Shown: piece after piece, positions 44,550 to 57,900 of the stretch
Numbering within the stretch: the first letter of the stretch is position 1
Layout: each line of letters begins with the position of its first letter
From: Eledone cirrhosa
Taxonomy: Eukaryota
Direction: 5' to 3'
Length of the DNA: 64,000 nt
Assembly (NCBI GenBank): GCA_964016885.1
Contig: OZ024758.1
Span: forward strand, 39,246,001 to 39,310,000
Position numbers and translations under genes: made by a program
Notes under the pieces: model-generated
Databases searched by the model: none
Seen by the model: only the letters and a program-made list of their open reading frames with translations
Told to the model about the DNA's origin: nothing

Positions 44550-47500
44550 AATGAATTCTCACCAACATTGGAGTTACTTCTGACAACTAATACCATGACT
44601 TAAATGAATTCTCACCAACAGTGGAGTTACTTCTGACAAACTAATACCATGAACTTAAATGAATTCTCACCAACAGTGGAGTTACTTCTGACAGCTAGTA
44701 CCATGAACTTAAATGAATTCTCACCAACAGTGGAGTTACTTCTGACAGCTAATACCATGAACTTAAATGAATTCTCACCAACATTGGAGTTACTTCTGAC
44801 AGCTAATACCATGAACTTAAATGAATTCTCACCAACAGTGGAGTTACTTCTGACAGCTAGTACCATGAACTTAAATGAATTCTCACCAACAGTGGAGTTA
44901 CTTCTGACAGCTAATACCATGAACTTAAATGAATTCTCACCAACAGTGGAGTTACTTCTGACAGCTAATACCATGAACTTAAATGAATTCTCACCAACAT
45001 TGGAGTTACTTCTGACAGCTAGTACCATGAACTTAAATGAATTCTCACCAACAGTGAAGTTTCTTCTGACAGCTAATACCATGAACTTAAATGATTTCTC
45101 ACCAACAGTGGAGTTCCTTCTGACAGCTAATACCATGAACTAAAATGAATTCTCACCAACAGTGGAGTTACTTCTGACAGCTAGTACCATGACTTAAATG
45201 AATTCTCACCAACATTGGAGTTACTTCTGACAACTAATACCATGACTTAAATGAATTCTCACCAACAGTGGAGTTACTTCTGACAAACTAATACCATGAA
45301 CTTAAATGAATTCTCACCAACACTGGAGTTACTTCTGACAGCTAGTACCATGAACTTAAATGAATTCTCACCAACAGTGGAGTTACTTCTGACAGCTAAT
45401 ACCATGAACTTAAATGAATTCTCACCAACAGTGGAGTTCCTTCTGACAGCTAATACCATGAACTTAAATGAATTCTAACCAACATTGGAGTTACTTCTGT
45501 CAGCTAGTACCATGACTTAAATGAATTCTCACCAACATTGGAGTTACTTCTGACAACTAATACCATGACTTAAATGAATTCTCACCAACAGTGGAGTTAC
45601 TTCTGACAAACTAATACCATGAACTTAAATGAATTCTCACCAACAGTGGAGTTACTTCTGACAGCTAGTACCATGAACTTAAATGAATTCTCACCAACAT
45701 TGGAGTTACTTCTGACAACTAATACCATGACTTAAATGAATTCTCACCAACAGTGGAGTTACTTCTGACAAACTAATACCATGAACTTAAATGAATTCTC
45801 ACCAACAGTGGAGTTACTTCTGACAGCTAGTACCATTCTAACTTAAATGAATTCTCACCAACAGTGGAGTTACTTCTGACAGCTAATACCATGAACTTAA
45901 ATGAATTCTCACCAACATTGGAGTTACTTCTGACAGCTAGTACCATGACTTAAATGAATTCTCACCAACATTGGAGTTACTTCTGACAGCTAATACCATG
46001 AACTTAAATGAATTCTCACCAACATTGGAGTTACTTCTGACAGCTAGTACCATGACTTAAATGAATTCTCACCAACATTGGAGTTACTTCTGACAGCTAA
46101 TACCATGAACTTAAATGAATTCTCACCAACAGTGGAGTTACTTCTGACAGCTAATACCATGAACTTAAATGAATTCTCACCAACATTGGAGTTACTTCTG
46201 ACAACTAATACCATGACTTAAATGAATTCTCACCAACAGTGGAGTTACTTCTGACAAACTAATACCATGAACTTAAATGAATTCTCACCAACAGTGGAGT
46301 TACTTCTGACAGCTAGTACCATGAACTTAAATGAATTCTCACCAACAGTGGAGTTACTTCTGACAGCTAATACCATGAACTTAAATGAATTCTCACCAAC
46401 ATTGGAGTTACTTCTGACAGCTAATACCATGAACTTAAATGAATTCTCACCAACAGTGGAGTTACTTCTGACAGCTAGTACCATGAACTTAAATGAATTC
46501 TCACCAACAGTGGAGTTACTTCTGACAGCTAATACCATGAACTTAAATGAATTCTCACCAACAGTGGAGTTACTTCTGACAGCTAATACCATGAACTTAA
46601 ATGAATTCTCACCAACATTGGAGTTACTTCTGACAGCTAGTACCATGAACTTAAATGAATTCTCACCAACAGTGAAGTTTCTTCTGACAGCTAATACCAT
46701 GAACTTAAATGATTTCTCACCAACAGTGGAGTTCCTTCTGACAGCTAATACCATGAACTAAAATGAATTCTCACCAACAGTGGAGTTACTTCTGACAGCT
46801 AGTACCATGACTTAAATGAATTCTCACCAACATTGGAGTTACTTCTGACAACTAATACCATGACTTAAATGAATTCTCACCAACAGTGGAGTTACTTCTG
46901 ACAAACTAATACCATGAACTTAAATGAATTCTCACCAACACTGGAGTTACTTCTGACAGCTAGTACCATGAACTTAAATGAATTCTCACCAACAGTGGAG
47001 TTACTTCTGACAGCTAATACCATGAACTTAAATGAATTCTCACCAACAGTGGAGTTCCTTCTAACAGCTAATACCATGAACTTAAATGAATTCTAACCAA
47101 CATTGGAGTTACTTCTGTCAGCTAGTACCATGACTTAAATGAATTCTCACCAACATTGGAGTTACTTCTGACAACTAATACCATGACTTAAATGAATTCT
47201 CACCAACAGTGGAGTTACTTCTGACAAACTAATACCATGAACTTAAATGAATTCTCACCAACAGTGGAGTTACTTCTGACAGCTAGTACCATGAACTTAA
47301 ATGAATTCTCACCAACATTGGAGTTACTTCTGACAACTAATACCATGACTTAAATGAATTCTCACCAACAGTGGAGTTACTTCTGACAAACTAATACCAT
47401 GAACTTAAATGAATTCTCACCAACAGTGGAGTTACTTCTGACAGCTAGTACCATTCTAACTTAAATGAATTCTCACCAACAGTGGAGTTACTTCTGACAG

Positions 47501-47800
47501 CTAATACCATGAACTTAAATGAATTCTCACCAACATTGGAGTTACTTCTGACAGCTAGTACCATGACTTAAATGAATTCTCACCAACATTGGAGTTACTT
47601 CTGACAGCTAATACCATGAACTTAAATGAATTCTCACCAACATTGGAGTTACTTCTGACAGCTAGTACCATGACTTAAATGAATTCTCACCAACATTGGA
47701 GTTACTTCTGACAGCTAATACCATGAACTTAAATGAATTCTCACCAACAGTGGAGTTACTTCTGACAGCTAATACCATGAACTTAAATGAATTCTCACCA
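44550..47800. repeat. Tandem duplication of a 30-monomer block (period 1618 bp)
   Basis: ORF pairs 44627/46245 and 45274/46892 differ by 1618. Markers GTGAAGTTTC and CTGTCAGC occur in both copies. Confidence 0.9.
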
Positions 47801-47829
47801 ACATTGGGGTTACTTCTGACAGCTAATAC

Positions 47830-50800
47830 CATGAACTTAAATGAATTCTCACCAACAGTGGAGTTACTTCTGACAGCTAATACCATGAACTTAAATGAAT
47901 TCTCACCAACATTGGAGTTACTTCTGACAGCTAGTACCATTCTAACTTAAATGAATTCTCACCAACAGTGGAGTTACTTCTGACAGCTAATACCATGAAC
48001 TTAAATGAATTCTCACCAACATTGGAGTTACTTCTGACAGCTAGTACCATGAACTTAAATGAATTCTCACCAACAGTGAAGTTACTTCTGACAGCTAATA
48101 CCATGAACTTAAATGATTTCTCACCAACAGTGGAGTTCCTTCTGACAGCTAATACCATGAACTTAAATGAATTCTCACCAACATTGGAGTTACTTCTGAC
48201 AGCTAGTACCATGAACTTAAATGAATTCTCACCAACAGTGGCGTTCCTTCTGACAGCTAATACCATGAACTTAAATGAATTCTCACCAACACTGGAGTTA
48301 CTTCTGACAGCTAATACCATGAACTTAAATGAATTCTCACCAACATTGGAGTTACTTCTGACAACTAATACCATGACTTAAATGAATTCTCACCAACAGT
48401 GGAGTTACTTCTGACAAACTAATACCATGAACTTAAATGAATTCTCACCAACAGTGGAGTTACTTCTGACAGCTAGTACCATTCTAACTTAAATGAATTC
48501 TCACCAACAGTGGAGTTACTTCTGACAGCTAATACCATGAACTTAAATGAATTCTCACCAACAGTGGAGTTACTTCTGACAGCTAATACCATGAACTTAA
48601 ATGAATTCTCACCAACATTGGAGTTACTTCTGACAGCTAGTACCATTCTAACTTAAATGAATTCTCACCAACAGTGGAGATACTTCTGACAGCTAATACC
48701 ATGAACTTAAATGAATTCTCACCAACAGTGGAGTTACTTCTGACAGCTAGTACCATGAACTTAAATGAATTCTCACCAACAGTGGAGTTACTTCTGACAG
48801 CTAATACCATGAACTTAAATGAATTCTCACCAACAGTGGAGTTCCTTCTGACAGCTAATACCATGAACTTAAATGAATTCTCACCAACATTGGAGTTACT
48901 TCTGACAGCTAGTACCATGACTTAAATGAATTCTCACCAACATTGGAGTTACCTCTGACAACTAATACCATGACTTAAATGAATTCTCACCAACAGTGGA
49001 GTTACTTCTGACAAACTAATACCATGAACTTAAATGAATTCTCACCAACAGTGGAGTTACTTCTGACAGCTAGTACCATTCTAACTTAAATGAATTCTCA
49101 CCAACAGTGGAGTTACTTCTGACAGCTAATACCATGAACTTAAATGAATTCTCACCAACATTGGAGTTACTTCTGACAGCTAGTACCATGACTTAAATGA
49201 ATTCTCACCAACATTGGAGTTACTTCTGACAGCTAATACCATGAACTTAAATGAATTCTCACCAACATTGGAGTTACTTCTGACAGCTAGTACCATGACT
49301 TAAATGAATTCTCACCAACATTGGAGTTACTTCTGACAACTAATACCATGACTTAAATGAATTCTCACCAACATTGGAGTTACTTCTGACAACTAATACC
49401 ATGACTTAAATGAATTCTCACCAACAGTGGAGTTACTTCTGACAAACTAATACCATGAACTTAAATGAATTCTCACCAACAGTGGAGTTACTTCTGACAG
49501 CTAATACCATGAACTTAAATGAATTCTCACCAACAGTGGAGTTACTTCTGACAGCTAGTACCATGAACTTAAATGAATTCTCACCAACATTGGAGTTACT
49601 TCTGACAACTAATACCATGACTTAAATGAATTCTCACCAACAGTGGAGTTACTTCTGACAAACTAATACCATGAACTTAAATGAATTCTCACCAACAGTG
49701 GAGTTACTTCTGACAGCTAGTACCATGAACTTAAATGAATTCTCACCAACAGTGGAGTTACTTCTGACAGCTAATACCATGAACTTAAATGAATTCTCAC
49801 CAACATTGGAGTTACTTCTGACAGCTAATACCATGAACTTAAATGAATTCTCACCAACAGTGGAGTTACTTCTGACAGCTAGTACCATGAACTTAAATGA
49901 ATTCTCACCAACAGTGGAGTTACTTCTGACAGCTAATACCATGAACTTAAATGAATTCTCACCAACAGTGGAGTTACTTCTGACAGCTAATACCATGAAC
50001 TTAAATGAATTCTCACCAACAGTGGAGTTACTTCTGACAGCTAATACCATGAACTTAAATGAATTCTCACCAACATTGGAGTTACTTCTGACAGCTAGTA
50101 CCATTCTAACTTAAATGAATTCTCACCAACAGTGGAGTTACTTCTGACAGCTAATACCATGAACTTAAATGAATTCTCACCAACATTGGAGTTACTTCTG
50201 ACAGCTAGTACCATGAACTTAAATGAATTCTCACCAACAGTGAAGTTACTTCTGACAGCTAATACCATGAACTTAAATGATTTCTCACCAACAGTGGAGT
50301 TCCTTCTGACAGCTAATACCATGAACTTAAATGAATTCTCACCAACATTGGAGTTACTTCTGACAGCTAGTACCATGAACTTAAATGAATTCTCACCAAC
50401 AGTGGCGTTCCTTCTGACAGCTAATACCATGAACTTAAATGAATTCTCACCAACACTGGAGTTACTTCTGACAGCTAATACCATGAACTTAAATGAATTC
50501 TCACCAACATTGGAGTTACTTCTGACAACTAATACCATGACTTAAATGAATTCTCACCAACAGTGGAGTTACTTCTGACAAACTAATACCATGAACTTAA
50601 ATGAATTCTCACCAACAGTGGAGTTACTTCTGACAGCTAGTACCATTCTAACTTAAATGAATTCTCACCAACAGTGGAGTTACTTCTGACAGCTAATACC
50701 ATGAACTTAAATGAATTCTCACCAACAGTGGAGTTACTTCTGACAGCTAATACCATGAACTTAAATGAATTCTCACCAACATTGGAGTTACTTCTGACAG

Positions 50801-53800
50801 CTAGTACCATTCTAACTTAAATGAATTCTCACCAACAGTGGAGTTACTTCTGACAGCTAATACCATGAACTTAAATGAATTCTCACCAACAGTGGAGTTA
50901 CTTCTGACAGCTAGTACCATGAACTTAAATGAATTCTCACCAACAGTGGAGTTACTTCTGACAGCTAATACCATGAACTTAAATGAATTCTCACCAACAG
51001 TGGAGTTCCTTCTGACAGCTAATAACATGAACTTAAATGAATTCTCACCAACATTGGAGTTACTTCTGACAGCTAGTACCATGACTTAAATGAATTCTCA
51101 CCAACATTGGAGTTACCTCTGACAACTAATACCATGACTTAAATGAATTCTCACCAACAGTGGAGTTACTTCTGACAAACTAATACCATGAACTTAAATG
51201 AATTCTCACCAACAGTGGAGTTACTTCTGACAGCTAGTACCATTCTAACTTAAATGAATTCTCACCAACAGTGGAGTTACTTCTGACAGCTAATACCATG
51301 AACTTAAATGAATTCTCACCAACATTGGAGTTACTTCTGACAGCTAGTACCATGACTTAAATGAATTCTCACCAACATTGGAGTTACTTCTGACAGCTAA
51401 TACCATGAACTTAAATGAATTCTCACCAACATTGGAGTTACTTCTGACAGCTAGTACCATGACTTAAATGAATTCTCACCAACATTGGAGTTACTTCTGA
51501 CAACTAATACCATGACTTAAATGAATTCTCACCAACATTGGAGTTACTTCTGACAACTAATACCATGACTTAAATGAATTCTCACCAACAGTGGAGTTAC
51601 TTCTGACAAACTAATACCATGAACTTAAATGAATTCTCACCAACAGTGGAGTTACTTCTGACAGCTAATACCATGAACTTAAATGAATTCTCACCAACAG
51701 TGGAGTTACTTCTGACAGCTAGTACCATGAACTTAAATGAATTCTCACCAACATTGGAGTTACTTCTGACAACTAATACCATGACTTAAATGAATTCTCA
51801 CCAACAGTGGAGTTACTTCTGACAAACTAATACCATGAACTTAAATGAATTCTCACCAACAGTGGAGTTACTTCTGACAGCTAGTACCATGAACTTAAAT
51901 GAATTCTCACCAACAGTGGAGTTACTTCTGACAGCTAATACCATGAACTTAAATGAATTCTCACCAACATTGGAGTTACTTCTGACAGCTAATACCATGA
52001 ACTTAAATGAATTCTCACCAACAGTGGAGTTACTTCTGACAGCTAGTACCATGAACTTAAATGAATTCTCACCAACAGTGGAGTTACTTCTGACAGCTAA
52101 TACCATGAACTTAAATGAATTCTCACCAACAGTGGAGTTACTTCTGACAGCTAATACCATGAACTTAAATGAATTCTCACCAACATTGGAGTTACTTCTG
52201 ACAGCTAGTACCATGAACTTAAATGAATTCTCACCAACAGTGAAGTTTCTTCTGACAGCTAATACCATGAACTTAAATGATTTCTCACCAACAGTGGAGT
52301 TCCTTCTGACAGCTAATACCATGAACTAAAATGAATTCTCACCAACATTGGAGTTACTTCTGACAGCTAGTACCATGACTTAAATGAATTCTCACCAACA
52401 TTGGAGTTACTTCTGACAACTAATACCATGACTTAAATGAATTCTCACCAACAGTGGAGTTACTTCTGACAAACTAATACCATGAACTTAAATGAATTCT
52501 CACCAACACTGGAGTTACTTCTGACAGCTAGTACCATGAACTTAAATGAATTCTCACCAACAGTGGAGTTACTTCTGACAGCTAATACCATGAACTTAAA
52601 TGAATTCTCACCAACAGTGGAGTTCCTTCTGACAGCTAATACCATGAACTTAAATGAATTCTAACCAACATTGGAGTTACTTCTGTCAGCTAGTACCATG
52701 ACTTAAATGAATTCTCACCAACATTGGAGTTACTTCTGACAACTAATACCATGACTTAAATGAATTCTCACCAACAGTGGAGTTACTTCTGACAAACTAA
52801 TACCATGAACTTAAATGAATTCTCACCAACAGTGGAGTTACTTCTGACAGCTAGTACCATGAACTTAAATGAATTCTCACCAACATTGGAGTTACTTCTG
52901 ACAACTAATACCATGACTTAAATGAATTCTCACCAACAGTGGAGTTACTTCTGACAAACTAATACCATGAACTTAAATGAATTCTCACCAACAGTGGAGT
53001 TACTTCTGACAGCTAGTACCATTCTAACTTAAATGAATTCTCACCAACAGTGGAGTTACTTCTGACAGCTAATACCATGAACTTAAATGAATTCTCACCA
53101 ACATTGGAGTTACTTCTGACAGCTAGTACCATGACTTAAATGAATTCTCACCAACATTGGAGTTACTTCTGACAGCTAGTACCATTCTAACTTAAATGAA
53201 TTCTCACCAACAGTGGAGTTACTTCTGACAGCTAATACCATGAACTTAAATGAATTCTCACCAACATTGGAGTTACTTCTGACAGCTAGTACCATTCTAA
53301 CTTAAATGAATTCTCACCAACAGTGGAGTTCCTTCTGACAGCTAATACCATGAACTTAAATGAATTCTCACCAACATTGGAGTTACTTCTGACAGCTAGT
53401 ACCATGACTTAAATGAATTCTCACCAACATTGGAGTTACTTCTGACAACTAATACCATGACTTAAATGAATTCTCACCAACAGTGGAGTTACTTCTGACA
53501 AACTAATACCATGAACTTAAATGAATTCTCACCAACAGTGGAGTTACTTCTGACAGCTAGTACCATTCTAACTTAAATGAATTCTCACCAACAGTGGAGT
53601 TACTTCTGACAGCAAATACCATGAACTTAAATGAATTCTCACCAACATTGGAGTTACTTCTGACAGCTAGTACCATCACTTAAATGAATTCTCACCAACA
53701 TTGGAGTTACTTCTGACAGCTAATACCATGAACTTAAATGAATTCTCACCAACATTGGAGTTACTTCTGACAGCTAGTACCATGACTTAAATGAATTCTC

Positions 53801-55000
53801 ACCAACATTGGAGTTACTTCTGACAACTAATACCATGACTTAAATGAATTCTCACCAACATTGGAGTTACTTCTGACAACTAATACCATGACTTAAATGA
53901 ATTCTCACCAACAGTGGAGTTACTTCTGACAAACTAATACCATGAACTTAAATGAATTCTCACCAACAGTGGAGTTACTTCTGACAGCTAATACCATGAA
54001 CTTAAATGAATTCTCACCAACAGTGGAGTTACTTCTGACAGCTAGTACCATGAACTTAAATGAATTCTCACCAACATTGGAGTTACTTCTGACAACTAAT
54101 ACCATGACTTAAATGAATTCTCACCAACAGTGGAGTTACTTCTGACAAACTAATACCATGAACTTAAATGAATTCTCACCAACAGTGGAGTTACTTCTGA
54201 CAGCTAGTACCATGAACTTAAATGAATTCTCACCAACAGTGGAGTTACTTCTGACAGCTAATACCATGAACTTAAATGAATTCTCACCAACATTGGAGTT
54301 ACTTCTGACAGCTAATACCATGAACTTAAATGAATTCTCACCAACAGTGGAGTTACTTCTGACAGCTAGTACCATGAACTTAAATGAATTCTCACCAACA
54401 GTGGAGTTACTTCTGACAGCTAATACCATGAACTTAAATGAATTCTCACCAACAGTGGAGTTACTTCTGACAGCTAATACCATGAACTTAAATGAATTCT
54501 CACCAACATTGGAGTTACTTCTGACAGCTAGTACCATGAACTTAAATGAATTCTCACCAACAGTGAAGTTTCTTCTGACAGCTAATACCATGAACTTAAA
54601 TGATTTCTCACCAACAGTGGAGTTCCTTCTGACAGCTAATACCATGAACTAAAATGAATTCTCACCAACATTGGAGTTACTTCTGACAGCTAGTACCATG
54701 ACTTAAATGAATTCTCACCAACATTGGAGTTACTTCTGACAACTAATACCATGACTTAAATGAATTCTCACCAACAGTGGAGTTACTTCTGACAAACTAA
54801 TACCATGAACTTAAATGAATTCTCACCAACACTGGAGTTACTTCTGACAGCTAGTACCATGAACTTAAATGAATTCTCACCAACAGTGGAGTTACTTCTG
54901 ACAGCTAATACCATGAACTTAAATGAATTCTCACCAACAGTGGAGTTCCTTCTGTCAGCTAGTACCATGACTTAAATGAATTCTCACCAACATTGGAGTT
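47830..55000. repeat. 40-monomer (2164 bp) tandem duplication followed by a 43-monomer (2323 bp) reiteration; the block also matches 43.0-46.0 kb at +7186
   Basis: ORF pairs 47931/50095, 48637/50801 and 49433/51597 differ by 2164. Pairs 51597/53920, 51813/54136 and 52460/54783 differ by 2323. Pairs 43615/50801, 44627/51813 and 45274/52460 differ by 7186. Confidence 0.87.
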
Positions 55001-55799
55001 ACTTCTGACAACTAATACCATGACTTAAATGAATTCTCACCAACAGTGGAGTTACTTCTGACAAACTAATACCATGAACTTAAATGAATTCTCACCAACA
55101 GTGGAGTTACTTCTGACAGCTAGTACCATGAACTTAAATGAATTCTCACCAACATTGGAGTTACTTCTGACAACTAATACCATGATTTAAATGAATTCTC
55201 ACCAACAGTGGAGTTACTTCTGACAGCTAATACCATGAACTTAAATGAATTCTCACCAACAGTGGAGTTACTTCTGACAGCTAATACCATGAACTTAAAT
55301 GAATTCTCACCAACATTGGAGTTACTTCTGACAGCTAATACCATGACTTAAATGAATTCTCACCAACAGTGGAGTTACTTCTGACAGCTAATACCATGAA
55401 CTTAAATGAATTCTCACCAACATTGGAGTTACTTCTGACAGCTAGTACCATGAACTTAAATGAATTCTCACCAACAGTGGAGTTACTTCTGACAGCTAAT
55501 ACCATGAACTTAAATGAATTATCACCAACAGTGGAGTTCCTTCTGACAGCTAATACCATGGACTTAAATGAATTCTCACCAACATTGGAGTTACTTCTGA
55601 CAGCTAGTACCATGACTTAAATGAATTCTCACCAACATTGGAGTTACTTCTGACAACTAATACCATGACTTAAATGAATTCTCACCAACAGTGGAGTTAC
55701 TTCTGACAAACTAATACCATGAACTTAAATGAATTCTCACCAACAGTGGAGTTACTTCTGACAGCTAGTACCATGAACTTAAATGAATTCTCACCAACA

Positions 55800-57900
55800 G
55801 TGGAGTTCCTTCTGACAGCTAATACCATGAACTTAAATGAATTCTCACCAACAGTGGAGTTACTTCTGACAGCTAATACCATGAACTTAAATGAATTCTC
55901 ACCAACAGTGGAGTTACTTCTGACAGCTAGTACCATGAACTTAAATGAATTCTCACCAACATTGGAGTTACTTCTGACAACTAATACCATGAATTAAATG
56001 AATTCTCACCAACAGTGGAGTTACTTCTGACAAACTAATACCATGAACTTAAATGAATTCTCACCAACAGTGGAGTTACTTCTGACAGCTAGTACCATGA
56101 ACTTAAATGAATTCTCACCAACAGTGGAGTTACTTCTGACAGCTAATACCATGAACTTAAATGAATTCTCACCAACAGTGGAGTTACTTCTGACAGCTAA
56201 TACCATGAACTTAAATGAATTCTCACCAACATTGGAGTTACTTCTGACAGCTAATACCATGAACTTAAATGAATTCTCACCAACAGTGGAGTTACTTCTG
56301 ACAGGTAGTACCATGAACTTAAATGAATTCTCACCAACAGTGGAGTTACTTCTGACAGCTAATACCATGAACTTAAATGAATTCTCACCAACAGTGGAGT
56401 TACTTCTGACAGCTAATACCATGAACTTAAATGAATTCTCACCAACATTGGAGTTACTTCTGACAGCTAGTACCATGAACTTAAATGAATTCTCACCAAC
56501 AGTGAAGTTACTTCTGACAGCTAATACCATGAACTTAAATGATTTCTCACCAACAGTGGAGTTCCTTCTGACAGCTAATACCATGAACTAAAATAAATTC
56601 TCACCAACATTGGAGTTACTTCTGACAGCTAGTACTATGACTTAAATGAATTCTCACCAACATTGGAGTTACTTCTGACAACTAATACCATGACTTAAAT
56701 GAATTCTCACCAACAGTGGAGTTACTTCTGACAAACTAATACCATGAACTTAAATGAATTCTCACCAACAGTGGAGTTACTTCTGACAGCTAGTACCATG
56801 AACTTAAATGAATTCTCACCAACAGTGGAGTTACTTCTGACAGCTAATACCATGAACTTAAATGAATTCTCACCAACAGTGGAGTTACTTCTGACAGCTA
56901 ATACCATGAACTTAAATGAATTCTCACCAACAGTGGAGTTACTTCTGACAGCTAGTACCATGAACTTAAATGAATTCTCACCAACATTGGAGTTACTTCT
57001 GACAACTAATACCATTAATTAAATGAATTCTCACCAACAGTGGAGTTACTTCTGACAAACTAATACCATGAACTTAAATGAATTCTCACCAACAGTGGAG
57101 TTACTTCTGACAGCTAGTACCATGAACTTAAATGAATTCTCACCAACAGTGGAGTTACTTCTGACAGCTAATACCATGAACTTAAATGAATTCTCACCAA
57201 CAGTGGAGTTACTTCTGACAGCTAATACCATGAACTTAAATGAATTCTCACCAACATTGGAGTTACTTCTGACAGCTAATACCATGAACTTAAATGAATT
57301 CTCACCAACAGTGGAGTTACTTCTGACAGGTAGTACCATGAACTTAAATGAATTCTCACCAACAGTGGAGTTACTTCTGACAGCTAATACCATGAACTTA
57401 AATGAATTCTCACCAACAGTGGAGTTACTTCTGACAGCTAATACCATGAACTTAAATGAATTCTCACCAACATTGGAGTTACTTCTGACAGCTAGTACCA
57501 TGAACTTAAATGAATTCTCACCAACAGTGAAGTTACTTCTGACAGCTAATACCATGAACTTAAATGATTTCTCACCAACAGTGGAGTTCCTTCTGACAGC
57601 TAATACCATGAACTAAAATGAATTCTCACCAACATTGGAGTTACTTCTGACAGCTAGTACTATGACTTAAATGAATTCTCACCAACATTGGAGTTACTTC
57701 TGACAACTAATACCATGACTTAAATGAATTCTCACCAACAGTGGAGTTACTTCTGACAAACTAATACCATGAACTTAAATGAATTCTCACCAACAGTGGA
57801 GTTACTTCTGACAGCTAGTACCATGAACTTAAATGAATTCTCACCAACAGTGGAGTTACTTCTGACAGCTAATACCATGAACTTAAATGAATTCTCACCA
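55800..57900. repeat. Tandem duplication of a 19-monomer block (period 1025 bp)
   Basis: The 187-aa ORFs at 56021 and 57046 have identical translations, and 56722/57747 also differ by 1025. Confidence 0.88.
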
